Source: Tubiluchus corallicola (Eukaryota > Animalia > Priapulida). From it: a stretch of 64,000 nt of DNA. Of this stretch, positions 53,201 to 64,000 are shown piece by piece (position 1 is the stretch's first letter; every line of letters starts with the position of its first letter). A program made the translations under genes and the position numbers. The notes beneath the pieces were generated by a model. That model did no database searches. It was given only the letters and a program-made list of their open reading frames with translations, and was not told where the DNA came from. The stretch lies in contig JAQGDQ010000207.1 in the NCBI GenBank assembly GCA_030141605.1, positions 62,001 through 126,000 of the forward strand, written 5' to 3'.

Positions 53201-56200
53201 TGAGAACGAGACCTTCTTGTCCCGGGGGTGGCAGTGCTAACTGGAATGGTGTATTAAAGTAGTGCTGTTGCTCTTCCGACCTGTGTACAACTTCCCCCTT
53301 TCTCACCTGAAAATTTGAAAAAAATCTTGCAAGAGTGTTCTAACTTGCAAACGATATTTCACGAGATAGCAACTACTAAACACGAATCAGAACCTGCCTT
53401 GACCACAAGAGCTGAGTGGTCTAGCGACTCTTGGACATTGAGCTGGCCACTTTAAAAGGTCACAGATTTAAGAACTGATTTTTCATAATTCCTTCTTCCA
53501 GCAATGATTAGATTTCACAAACTCCACATTTATTCATCAGATACTAGTTTTCTGTTATGAACTAAAACACAAATGAAACCTAATATTAATATACAGTCTA
53601 AAATTACCTATACAAAATAATAATTTATAAGAATTTCCTTTAGGACATAGTCCAAGGTTGCACCATAAGTAACTCAGTGTTTATTTCCTAAGTGGCCCCG
53701 ATTATTATTGCCCACCTGTTAGTTTGACAAGCCCACATGCTTAGTTGGAAAACCAGGTGTACCATTTTTAAGTCTTTGATACGACTCAGTCAGGAGTTGA
53801 ACCCGCGACCCCCCAAGTATTATACCACCTGGTCTTCGGAGTTTAAAACGTGAGTGCACTCAAGCAGAGGTACAGCCCCAAGTTCGTACTCTCTTACAGA
53901 CTGAAACCACCAGACATACAATACGTGCGTATAAATTCATTTTGCTATTTTGACACTTTCTGACCTCGACTTTGACCTTTTCAATCTAAACGCAATCTGT
54001 TTCCAAGGCTGATGATGATGATCTACCCACACGAGGGGATTTTAGCTTCATCCATTTTGATTTTACTGTGAAGACGGGCACATCGGTCCGTGACTACAAG
54101 CTCTACCGATGCGCTTATGAGAATAAAAAACTCATTTTGATAATAAAAATCATCTGCCTGTCTTCCAATAGCTTCTTGAAACTGCAGCTATTTTTTGTCA
54201 TACTTAAGTTAGCGGGAACATGCTAATGGTTTCAGATTGTGACACCAACAGTGGCTAGTTGTCATATAAGTTTTGTATCTATTACGTCTGTGATGAAAAG
54301 ATTTGAAATTACAAGTTGCAAGTTGAAATCTGAAAGTTCTTAAGTTTTTATTCCATTCTGCAGTGAAGGCTGCATGCCACATTGGCCCTACGATCACTAG
54401 GATGCCACAACGATGGTACTGCGATCATTAGGGAAGTAATGCGATTGATGTGATCACCAGGCATGACAAAACAATGCAGTGACCACCCACATTAATGCTG
54501 AAATCTCCAGCAAATACCTAACACAGGGTTTCCACAGAATTTTAAAATAAATTTTCCTGACTTTTCCCTGACCAAATATTGATTTTCCATGACCAAGATA
54601 AGCAGAAATTGCATTGCCACTATACATATTCAAACATTTTTGTGTATGGGCATTCATACATATACTGTGTGTATATATAATGTGTTGGCCAACTATTATT
54701 TTTGTAACAGAAACCAGAACTGGGAGCCTCCCATAGCAAAATTTTATTTGAACATGAATTGCTGAAAAATCTGTTTGGAAAAATATCAGTTCACGTTGAG
54801 TATTTTTGCAACCCATTTTTATAATTTTCGTGGAATTTTTACCAAATAATCCTTTTCTCTGACTTTGCCATGACTTTCCAGGATAGCCTGTATTTTCAAG
54901 GATTTTCCAGGATTTTCCCGACCCTGGGAGCCCTGCTGATATATACTCCCCCAGAAGAATGAAAAAATGAAAAAACTTAAAAGGTATTTATTTACAAAAC
55001 TTTAACTAAAATAATCTATCTTGAATTTTGTTTGCAAGATTATCTTTAAAAGCTATTTCACAGTATTCCAATCATTTTCCATCTATAAAAGTTATTTCAC
55101 ATTAGTCCAATCATTTTCCAAAAAAATAACAATAATATACTTTAACCGAACTTTTGTCTACTGAATAATTGAATCTTTCATAAATTTTCGCTTTGTCCTG
55201 ATATATTTGCTTTGAACGAAGATGTTATAAAATGCAGAACAAAAACACATTAAACTGGGAAATCACAGCAACCTTGAGACAATCATATTTGCAGACACTG
55301 ATGCACGAGTGATCACAGTTGTAAAACCACTTAAGGCGAAGGTTTTGCATCTATTCATTTAAGTCAGTCGATGAAACATGGATTAGAAATCGCCGATCCT
55401 GATACAACATCATTTTGAGAAAACCGAAGTACTTGCATCTGTCTGTTGAAATCAAACTCATTAGGCAAAAGCAGCAATCAGAAATGAAAATCTGTCTGAA
55501 CTGTCGAAATGAATAAAAGTAAGAAAAACTGGCGTAAAACAACAGAGTTCAGGTTACTGAATATGTTACAGGGTTCCCACAGAATTTTTAGAGTCAACTT
55601 CCCTGACTTTTCTATGACTTTTCCCTGACCAAATATTGATTTTCCATGACCAAGATCAGCAGAAATTGTATGACCAGTACACATATTCAAACATTTTTGT
55701 GTATGGACATTCATACATATACTGATATATAATGTGTAGGCTCAGTTGCAGCACTGCTAACAAAATTACACTAATCACATTAAATAAACTTTCTTAATCC
55801 AATCATTATGTTTGGAGCGAAAATCGAAACTGGGAGCCTGCCATAGCAAAATTCCATTGGAACACGAATCACTAAAAAAAATTTTTGGAAAAACATCGGT
55901 TCACTGCGATTATATTTACAACCCTTTCCAATTTCCTTGACTTTTTGCCCTATTTTCATCATTTTCTCTAACCTTTCTATCAAATTATCTTTTTCCCTGA
56001 CTTTTCCATGACTTTCCAGGATAGCCTGTATTTCCAGGATTTCCCCCGACAGTGGGAATCCTGATATGAGTTTTAATCTTGGCTTTTCTTTCAAGGGGGA
56101 ATCCAGGTTCAAAGAGAAGGGAGTGGGAAACAGGAAAGGTGAAAATGAGGCAAAATTAACCAAAACAACAGCAGATAGAAAATACAATTATTAAGCGAAG

Positions 56201-59200
56201 TACAAACGGGTATTAAACTTGGCAACATATACACAAATTTGTTATGACTACTGTGTGTATGTAAAAGGTCATAGTTAAAACAGGTTTTGGTCGCATTGTT
56301 TTTCCACCCCATTTGTGGACATGTAATGTACACGTAATTTTTATTTTGGTCAATAAACTAACCAACCAACTCTATATCCAAACTAACAATTTGTAGGCTA
56401 ATTACATGATCATTTTTGGTGTTTTTTTACAATTCGGCACAATTCAAGGCAGAATGGCAAAGCTTAGTCTACTTAATGTGGGTGGTTGTGGAAGGACCAA
56501 TACCTGTCTGATTACCAAGACCGAATGTGTAAGATAAGACACTTGAGTGAAAAGAATTGTTTTACCCAATCTGAAAATTCATACATCCCTTTTCAACAAG
56601 GTGAGCTGGCAGAATGAGTGTTACCCAAGGCAACCGTCCAGTGGTCAGCTTCACACACTGTGACCACTCGACTTTTCCCTTACCGAGTGATCTGAACGTA
56701 ATGCGTTTTTTACTCTATATAGATTTACATAACTATGCTCAGTGTGCACCATACTTACAATTAGATAGCCACTGTCACCTAGGTTGGCCGTGTAAATTGT
56801 GCGATTTAATCGATCTAAGACAGCTATGCATACTGTACTGCTTCCTGCAAAGACATAAAATACAACATACTGGATAAACAAATATCAAAATGTAATATTA
56901 ACAAAATGTAATATTTATTTAAAAAGAGGAATAAAACGCTATTTTTAAGTACGCCCCAAAGAACTTTCCACACAAAGTTATATTATTTTGCATTGTGCTT
57001 ACCTGTTTGAAAGACGTACGTAATTAGAAAAGAAAATTCTTAATAATATGAAATATTCGCACCACCTGGTAAAATGTCATGGCATAGCCATCCCAGTGTG
57101 CACCACTGATTCACCAAAAACACATCATTGCTATTACTGACAATATAAAATAATTTAAACTTTGGCTTAGTTAGCGAAGAGTGCGCAATGAATGTTCTGA
57201 TTGTTTTTCAAACTTTACGCAATGTTATCTAAACTTATACCAAACGACTTACCCTTAAAATGGCTGCAACTAATTGTCATCGCGAGAATTTAAATTTACA
57301 AGTGTTATACAGTGTTACTGCTAACGCAAGCCCGTAAGGCAATAAGGCAGCATTTAAATTTTAAAGGCTATAAAATTTCAAGACGAATTTTTTAAGCTTT
57401 ACTTATGAGAAGTGTTTTCTTGTGCTTTAAGCAGATGCAATTGCGAAAAACTTTCAGACGCTACTTCAAAGACATTCAAGGGCAAATGCACAATAATACG
57501 ATGATAATAATAAGTTTGAAATGTTTAAATTAGATCAAGAGATTAGTAAGTGCTGTGCCATTCACGAGTAAATAGTGGCAGCAAAGTGCAAAAAATTTGA
57601 TAGCCTGGCTAACTAAATCAGAGAGCCTGAAGGCTATTTTGCAGACAATAATAAAATCCCGAATGGATGTACAATATACTATTTGATAAAAGCCACATAC
57701 AACAGGGCTATGTAATGCATTGCTACATACAAGGACATTGTTATATAGACCACAATGCACTACAAAGCCCTGATGTATGCATTTTTTTTACCAAACATAG
57801 ACATTTATTTTCTCCAATAATGTCGCACAAATTTCCAGTTTACGCAGAAAAACAAACTTTACTTTATCCACGGAGATCGGACGAGGAAAGACCATAGGTC
57901 ATCTAGTCACTCGCCCTTTATAATTTAATATTGTAATAGCAGAAAAAGAATTGATGACACTGGAAGCAATTATTAGTAATTACTTAAATAAACTGATCAA
58001 AATGAAGCAATAACAAAAGGGAAAAAAATGTAAAACAAACACAACAATATAAACATTCCAGCCATTAGTGACAATGTGAAAAAGTTGAAATGTGAATCGT
58101 TGCATAACAAAGATGAGATAAGTGAAGAAAAAATAATAATAAATGCAGATGACGAATAAGTATTGCAATAAATAGTTGCAAAATAAATAAAATGGTAATT
58201 AGTACTGTACACTGTACACAAGTAATTGCTAATTAGGTATAGTCCTACACAAAAAATATGCATTAGCAAATTTTTTAAAACTAATTTTTATAAACAAAAC
58301 AGTGGTAAAACAAAATGACGATGAAATTAATCACAATGCTGTAGTTTATGCGGATTTCCCATATTAAACGAATTTACATGGAATATTAGGAACAGTATCT
58401 CTGACGTATTACATCATTTAATGCAATAATGCTATTTAATGACATCAAGCTAAGCCTCCAGAGATTTATACTTAGTCAACAGGCATACCGTATAAATTCA
58501 CGCACGGATATTTGTTACTACATTGTACGGTACACAAGGCAGTCATTAAATATTTACGTAGCTTTACAGAGAAGCTAGATATTGTTACACTGTATTACGA
58601 AGTAACTGGTTTACTCTTAAACAAATTTACAATATTTAGGTGACCTCGAACTCATGATTATATAAATATATGCATGCTAATCCAGGAGCAAATTTGGCTG
58701 CCGTTAAAGCTAACTGGATAAGACTAAAAATAAAAAGTAGACCATGCCCCCAGATGGCATTACAGAGAAATGGGGTAGTCAATTATTCACCCAAAGTTGT
58801 AAATATTAGAGAAATATGTTTTTCACAGTTTTGGGTAACCGTTGTTGAGTTAGTTGGGGGCTTAATAACACTTAATACTGTTAAAGACACTCTGCGAGCT
58901 TCAAAATGCGTAATTTTTGGTCAGGGAAGGTTTTAAGCCAATTAGACGAATTTGTTCAAACTGGACCCACACACATACTTGAGTGGAAGATGCTAAAATG
59001 AATCAGTGAGTGCCCAATGTGCACGAAGTTTCTTGATACTGTGAAGGGAGTGAAACTATTCAGTCTGTCCTCGTATATTTATGTTTCAATGTGTTTTACA
59101 GATCGTTTGTTTATTTGTTTTTGTAATTTTAGTTTATAGTTGCCATTTATCTTTTTAAAAAGGTAACTGGCGAGCTCCATATGCATTAATTAGATCACCA

Positions 59201-62200
59201 TTGCATTTTAATTTTACTAATTTGTCGACGATATTCAAACCTTCAACACAGAAAGAACGATGTTAATGAGACTATATAACATAAGGTTTGGAATATAAAG
59301 TTGTGTTGTTTGTTAAATATGTTCAAAGTGTTTAAACTGTTCTGTAGCATTTGCGTGGTAGAGTGTCCCACTAACAACTTTGTAATTAGGCTCCTCACTT
59401 CCTAGCACCAGCTCTGTTTTTGTTAATGCTGTAATGCCAACTTATGTAGTCTACAAGGCCAGATTATCCTATATAGGTTATTATAGGCTGCAATCTAGGG
59501 CCCTTGAGGCTTTGGTAACAATTAATATTGGTAAAAAATCTGATATTGCACTATGCTTGTGTTGCACAATATATGCTAATTTGGTTTGCAATAAATAGTA
59601 AAATAGTGTGACTATTTTAGTTTGTAACTATTTATTGTGATACTTATTCATCATCTGCATTTGTTATTATTCTTCTTTTTAATTATGCCATCTTTGTTAT
59701 GCAACAATTCACATTTCGACATTTTTCACATTGTCACTAATGGCTGGAATGTTTCATTATTGTTGTGTTTGTTTTATATTTTTTCTCTTTTGTTATTGCT
59801 TCATTTTGATCATTTTATTTATATTGCTAAAATAATATTTTTACTGACAAACAAATTATAGCTATTGAAGAAGTTTACTTCAAGCTAAATAAATGTCGCT
59901 AAAATGTATCACGAGTAAAAATATTCAAAACTCTAACAGTTAGAGGGTGGCTCCGTGTGAGGAGGGTCCGTAAATTCATTAGCCTAGTGGCCCCAAAAGG
60001 TAATAATCCGGCCTTGGCAATCGTCTATTAGATCAGTTAAAATTTGTAAATTTGATCCTAACAAGTACTGGCTGTTGTCAACTTGACATTTCAAGCATGA
60101 ATTGAAAAAAAAATATTGAAACAAGTGCCACACATGCGTCTGCCAATAATAATAAACAAGCGAAAAACTGCCAAAACGCCGCATTTATCCAGTCAAAAAG
60201 CTTGAAAAAACTAAGCTTTTAGCAATATGAGACGAGTTAATCAGTAAAAGATAGTGCTTTTAGCAATTTAAGATGAGTTAATTAGTTTGCCTGTTAGCTA
60301 TGTTATGGAGCACTGAACTCAGTATGTCGGTCACACAACTGTGAGAAACTGCTAACAGAGCTTAATGTTGCATTTGGTAACACTAATGCTATCATACTGC
60401 TTATCAACAAACACACACAGATCACAGCTAACATGTTTACATAATGTATGTATAGATTGTAGAAGCTTCATTGAGTCAAATAAACAGACAATACCAGTAG
60501 CTTTGAAAGGATCTAAGTGTAAAAATATGATAAGTTTACATGTGCTGGGAATACCGGAAAAAATTGCTCAGGTAAAACACGAGTTGCTGGACTAAATATA
60601 TCAGGTGGTGCAAAAAACGTCCGGAAGTTTTTATCACGATGCTACAAGAAAATAATGGAAATCCTTGAGAGGCACAATATTGATGTTATAGATGTTTGTG
60701 TATAAACAGCAAAAATTTTTGACCATTCCCTTAAATTTATCCAAAGAAATAGAAGCTTTAAAACGACAAGTCAAAAAAATAAACGCCAGAAAAAACATCG
60801 TATCACTAATTGTTATAAATTAATTTACAGCAATGTGCTCTGAGATTTCGCTCTTTTCACTGTTTTTTCCAAAAGCTCACGCAGTTTTTTACCTTATCAA
60901 GGGGCATTCAGTCGCAGCACTCAACAGTTTTAGCCATTTCCTTTCTGACGGCTCTGTACACCTGTCATATAAACGTGTTTTCTGGGAGTTCTTAAGTTTC
61001 ATTTTTTTCTTGACAACAAATTTTTATCAGCACTTTATTTTCTGCGATAAATGCCATAATGCAAACTGGTTTATTTCGTTATTATTTTGTTGCCAGGTAT
61101 TGAGAGTTCTAAATACATCAGCATGACTTTTTTTAATTGAAGATGCCTAGCTCACATTGTTCTGGATTTAATTTTAAAAGTATTTCATGCAAAAGTATTT
61201 CAAAAACAACTTGAAAATTACTAAAACCATAAACTTGTAACTTTCGCAGGTAAAAGTCAGCGATATTATAACATCATGTTGTGTAATTTCAGCTTCGAAG
61301 AACACTTACTTCTATTGTTATTATAACCGAATTTTGGTGCATTTTTTCCGCACCACCCAATATGTGCAGAGGCACTTGTCAATGCTTTTACAAGTGGATA
61401 TTCCTAAAGCAGAACAGCTGCTTGTAAATCCAACCCTCCATCCCCAAGTCTCCTATCTGTGGAACTGTTGATGATAAACAGACCAACGGCTTTTTATCTG
61501 AGGTAAATCTAACAGGAGCCAAAAAAAGAAAAAAAGAGAAGCCTAAGGGACTCGACATTCGATATGAGCTAACAGCACATCAGGGGGGGGGGTAACCAGA
61601 TCACAATTACATGGAATGTAGATATACATAGATGGGAGTAGCTTTGTAAGCCCTAGTTGGACTAATGACCTAGCTTCAATTTCTCCAATGAACATGTAAA
61701 GAGTGAGGGTGGATAACGGTGCAAGTTTGGTCTTTCTGCAACCGTCTCCCTTGTTAACTATGTAATCGCAAAGGAATTTTTGTTATAGTTTTTTTAATGT
61801 ACGAGACGAATAAACTCAAATTTAATTCAATTCAATTTAATTTAACCTGATAAGTTTGGAGTTTTTGCATGTCTGTGTAATAAATGCGCTCTACATAGTC
61901 TAGGTAAACTTCAGACTTAGAACTCATATGGACACTATTAATCAATGCGAAACTAATTACCAGGTACAACGTGAGTAAAGTAATCGCTCTTAATGAGCAG
62001 CAACTATTATTTGCTCATAATACATACTGCGGTTTCCTGCCGCGGTACATTAATATGTCATCGTCATCAGGTAGATTCCATCGGCTGTAAATCTACAGCA
62101 ATTTCAGTTCCCGTGATCATTGATCAAGGACTTGGCAAAGTGCGTCTGTTTTTAATTCCATTATATACAAATTTGCATTGAATCGTTTGATGTAAAAATG

Positions 62201-63078
62201 ATGTGAAATGTAGAAATGGAGATCATCATCTCATGGCGGGGTTTGGGGGCAGTACCACAGAGATTTTTTGTATTTTTTTGCAGACAAAATAAACATGGGG
62301 AATTTTTAGGTGCTATCAAGCTTTCTTAGGATATTACAGTTCACTATTTTTTTGCTTCTTTTGTATACGTGAAAAAATGCTCAATTGCACCCAAAACTGC
62401 TTAATTTTAAATTTTGATAATGTTACATACATTGTGAGACACACAAATGCTTACTAGTAGTACCACTAATTGCATCGCGGTTGGTACTGATGGTGAAGGA
62501 AGCCACTTGATTATGCAAAATTGCCTGGGAAGTTGTGAGATGCATGAAATATGAAATTTACTACACGTGTGTGTGTGTGTGTGTGGGGGGGGGGGGTGTG
62601 CATGCATGAGTGCGTATGTGAAGTATTCAAAGCACATGGGACACATTGCATGGGCAAATGAACGAATGACTACACGGCCTAACATGCTGATAAGACTTTT
62701 GGCAGTCCTTACTGGTGGTTTTTAAGAAAGGATAAATATTCGGCTTAACATAATTTTAGGCTTACAGTACTCAATAATAATAATCAATTTATTTCACTCC
62801 AGTCATATTTCCCACTGTTTCTTATGTAGGAAGTAAGAAATAGCTCCAGTTAAAAAATTCTGCAATATATAAAAGTAAGTTATGCACTTGATACTTACCT
62901 AAAATAGGAGATTTAGATTCTAATAATTCACTATAACTAGTTGCAATAATTTCCACTGGAAACTGAGGAGTAAATTCTCCAAGTTCAACAAGCCGCTCGC
63001 ATGTTTTCATCAATGACGAGGAAAACAAAGAGGGATCGATGCCGTAACGCCTCCAACCCCCAACTCCATCTGCTACTC
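40251..63078 (-). CDS. PPTC7: Protein phosphatase PTC7 homolog (PP2C family), six 3' exons; first exon(s) beyond the right edge
   Basis: Exons 62899-63078, 56759-56844, 53194-53306, 48055-48178, 41891-42020 and 40251-40306 have consistent phases. Peptides: [81 protein letters not shown]. Confidence 0.95.
41481..41780. repeat. Minisatellite, 27-bp unit, about 11 copies
   Basis: Unit CACAT(A/G)TTGCACTTTTATTGTTAATAT. Confidence 0.95.
42229..42442. repeat. 107-bp tandem duplication
   Basis: AGACTTAGCTGATTAGAG...CATCTATAGTTCACTT occurs twice. Confidence 0.9.
43237..43937 (-). mobile_element. Internally deleted pogo-family transposon retaining a CENP-B-type HTH fragment
   Basis: TIRs CCGTATTTTCCCATGTATAAGAGACCC / GGGTCTCTTATACACGGGAAAATACGG with TA flanks. 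ORF 43362-43619 has [35 protein letters not shown]. Confidence 0.85.
44198..45560 (-). mobile_element. Degenerate LINE 3' part with a CCHC knuckle and (ATC)n tail
   Basis: [41 protein letters not shown]. The 3' end is AATAAAGACTT(ATC)n at 44198-44248. Confidence 0.7.
46565..46770 (+). mobile_element. SINE with a tRNA-like A box followed by a 5S-like segment; relatives at about 29231-29440 and 32560-32725
   Basis: TAGCCGAGTGG, then GTTAAGCAAC...TGGATGGGTGAC. The downstream blocks CC(A/G)TACTGATTC and C(C/T)GAA(C/T)ATGACTA are shared with the 29.2 kb copy. Confidence 0.55.
47304..47962. mobile_element. MITE family A, copy 3, carrying a nested LINE fragment
   Basis: Same TIRs and internal motifs as the other copies, interrupted at about 47640-47871. 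Confidence 0.7.
47640..47871 (+). mobile_element. 5'-truncated RTE-like LINE 3' end
   Basis: Peptide [13 protein letters not shown]...[10 protein letters not shown] is typical of RTE ORF C-termini. It ends CAAGTAA and is flanked by an approximate duplication, TGTATTAGCTTA / TGTAATTAGCTTA. Confidence 0.6.
48768..49233 (+). mobile_element. hAT (Charlie/Buster-like) deletion derivative
   Basis: Perfect 8-bp TSD CTTTAAAC (48760-48767 and 49234-49241) and imperfect TIRs. Internal transposase C-terminus [30 protein letters not shown]. Confidence 0.85.
51303..51516. mobile_element. hAT MITE (Charlie-like)
   Basis: TIRs CAGTGGTTCCCAAA / TTTGGGAACCACTG and a perfect 8-bp TSD TCTTAGAT. Confidence 0.92.
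53617..53815 (-). mobile_element. tRNA-derived SINE, same family as 5460-5662
   Basis: GGAGTTGAACCCGCGACC (B box, reverse), GTACCATTTTTAAGTCTTTGATACGAC core and TTTAGGACATAGTCCA. Confidence 0.6.
54524..54935. mobile_element. MITE family C, copy 1
   Basis: CAGGGTTTCCAC ... TGGGAGCCCTG, colinear with 55569-56063. Confidence 0.75.
55569..56063. mobile_element. MITE family C, copy 2
   Basis: TIRs CAGGGTTCCCAC / GTGGGAATCCTG. Flanks ATATGTTA / ATATGAGT form a possible degenerate 8-bp TSD. Confidence 0.75.
60602..61359. mobile_element. Putative mariner-like non-autonomous element
   Basis: Imperfect TIRs CAGGTGGTGCAAAAAA / TTTTTTCCGCACCACCCA in an AT context. Confidence 0.45.
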
Positions 63079-63122
63079 CTAAGTAAACCAATATGTAAAA
63101 TTTAATGTTTGAAATTTTAGTA

Positions 63123-63564
63123 CAGTCAACCTCGAATATAAGGTACTCGCTTATAAAGGACACTTGCTTATAAGGGACCACCAACACCGGTCCCGATTTT
63201 TCGTAACGTTTTTCCTATGTAACAATCTTCGTATATATGTTACTCGAATACAAGGTACAATATCTTTAGGTCCAACGTAATAGAAACCCAGGTAAATTAC
63301 CTCGCATATAAGGCACCCTATGATCAAAGTGAAATTGATTGATTTTTAACCTCAATTTTTCGCAAACTGGGCCTTTGAACAGCTCGATTTCCGTGGTCAC
63401 ATACATCTCGCATCACTGTTTGCACTGAATGTGTAGCAACAATCCACAAAAATATGGGTAAAAGTACAGGTCTAGATACATCCTCAGTCTGACTCAACTT
63501 CGGCTATAAGGGACATCAGATAAAAGGGACGGTTTTTTCCGGTCCCTTATATCGAGGTTAACTG
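63123..63564. mobile_element. MITE family B, full-length copy 2
   Basis: CAGTCAACCTCGAATATAAGG ... CCTTATATCGAGGTTAACTG with TA flanks, colinear with 31689-32171. Confidence 0.85.
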
Positions 63565-64000
63565 TATTTCTAGGTTAATCTAGTTAGATACAACATATAA
63601 AAATGATTATAAATACTTATGTAAGTTTATTTTTCTCTTCTGCAAGAAAAAGTAGCACCTACATAATACCTTTATAACCAAACTGACTCATTTATCACAT
63701 ATTATACTTTATATAAAACTTAAAAAAAGTAGTCAAAACTGACATTGTTTTAGTCTGACGAATTGCTTTGACTTGCAGCGACTGTGAGTTACATTTGGCA
63801 GTTGTTATCGCTCTCTTTTAAGTGATAATTTAATGCACCATTTGATTAATTTCTGTTTTGTTTCTTAAATTTACATATCTGGGCTGCACCGGCTGACACA
63901 AGATTTTCTTCTTGGTGTCGTCCAGAGGCATACCAGCAGCCTCAATGAAAATTATAATTTTATATTAATGTTTTCTGTGTCAAAATTTATGTTAATTTAA

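Noticed and set aside
54454-56187. Similar 120-aa, 78-aa and 135-aa ORFs suggesting a duplicated gene
   Set aside because: They lie inside two copies of a TIR-bounded MITE, and the frames are not conserved between copies.

Overview
AT-rich, intron-rich eukaryotic DNA, most likely an invertebrate animal. It is not prokaryotic, and most entries in the ORF track are spurious. Five spliced protein-coding genes can be rebuilt by hand with consistent intron phases: BCAS3 (minus, 5' part, runs off the left end), a gamma-butyrobetaine dioxygenase-family Fe(II)/2OG oxygenase (minus, about 436 aa), SUDS3 (minus, about 306 aa), Derlin-2 (plus, about 231 aa, head-to-head with SUDS3) and PPTC7 (minus, first exon beyond the right end). 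Introns and spacers contain pogo/Tigger, hAT and TTAA-flanked MITEs, LINE remnants (CR1, L2, RTE, CCHC-type), SINEs and several minisatellites. Three observations stand out: a minor-spliceosome (U12-type) Derlin-2 intron with a non-canonical GC donor; a 5S-rRNA-headed SINE with an RTE-like body and a possible HDV-like ribozyme fold across the 5S/body junction; and a spliced upstream ORF overlapping the start of the dioxygenase gene. All homology calls come from recognising motifs by eye, not from database searches.
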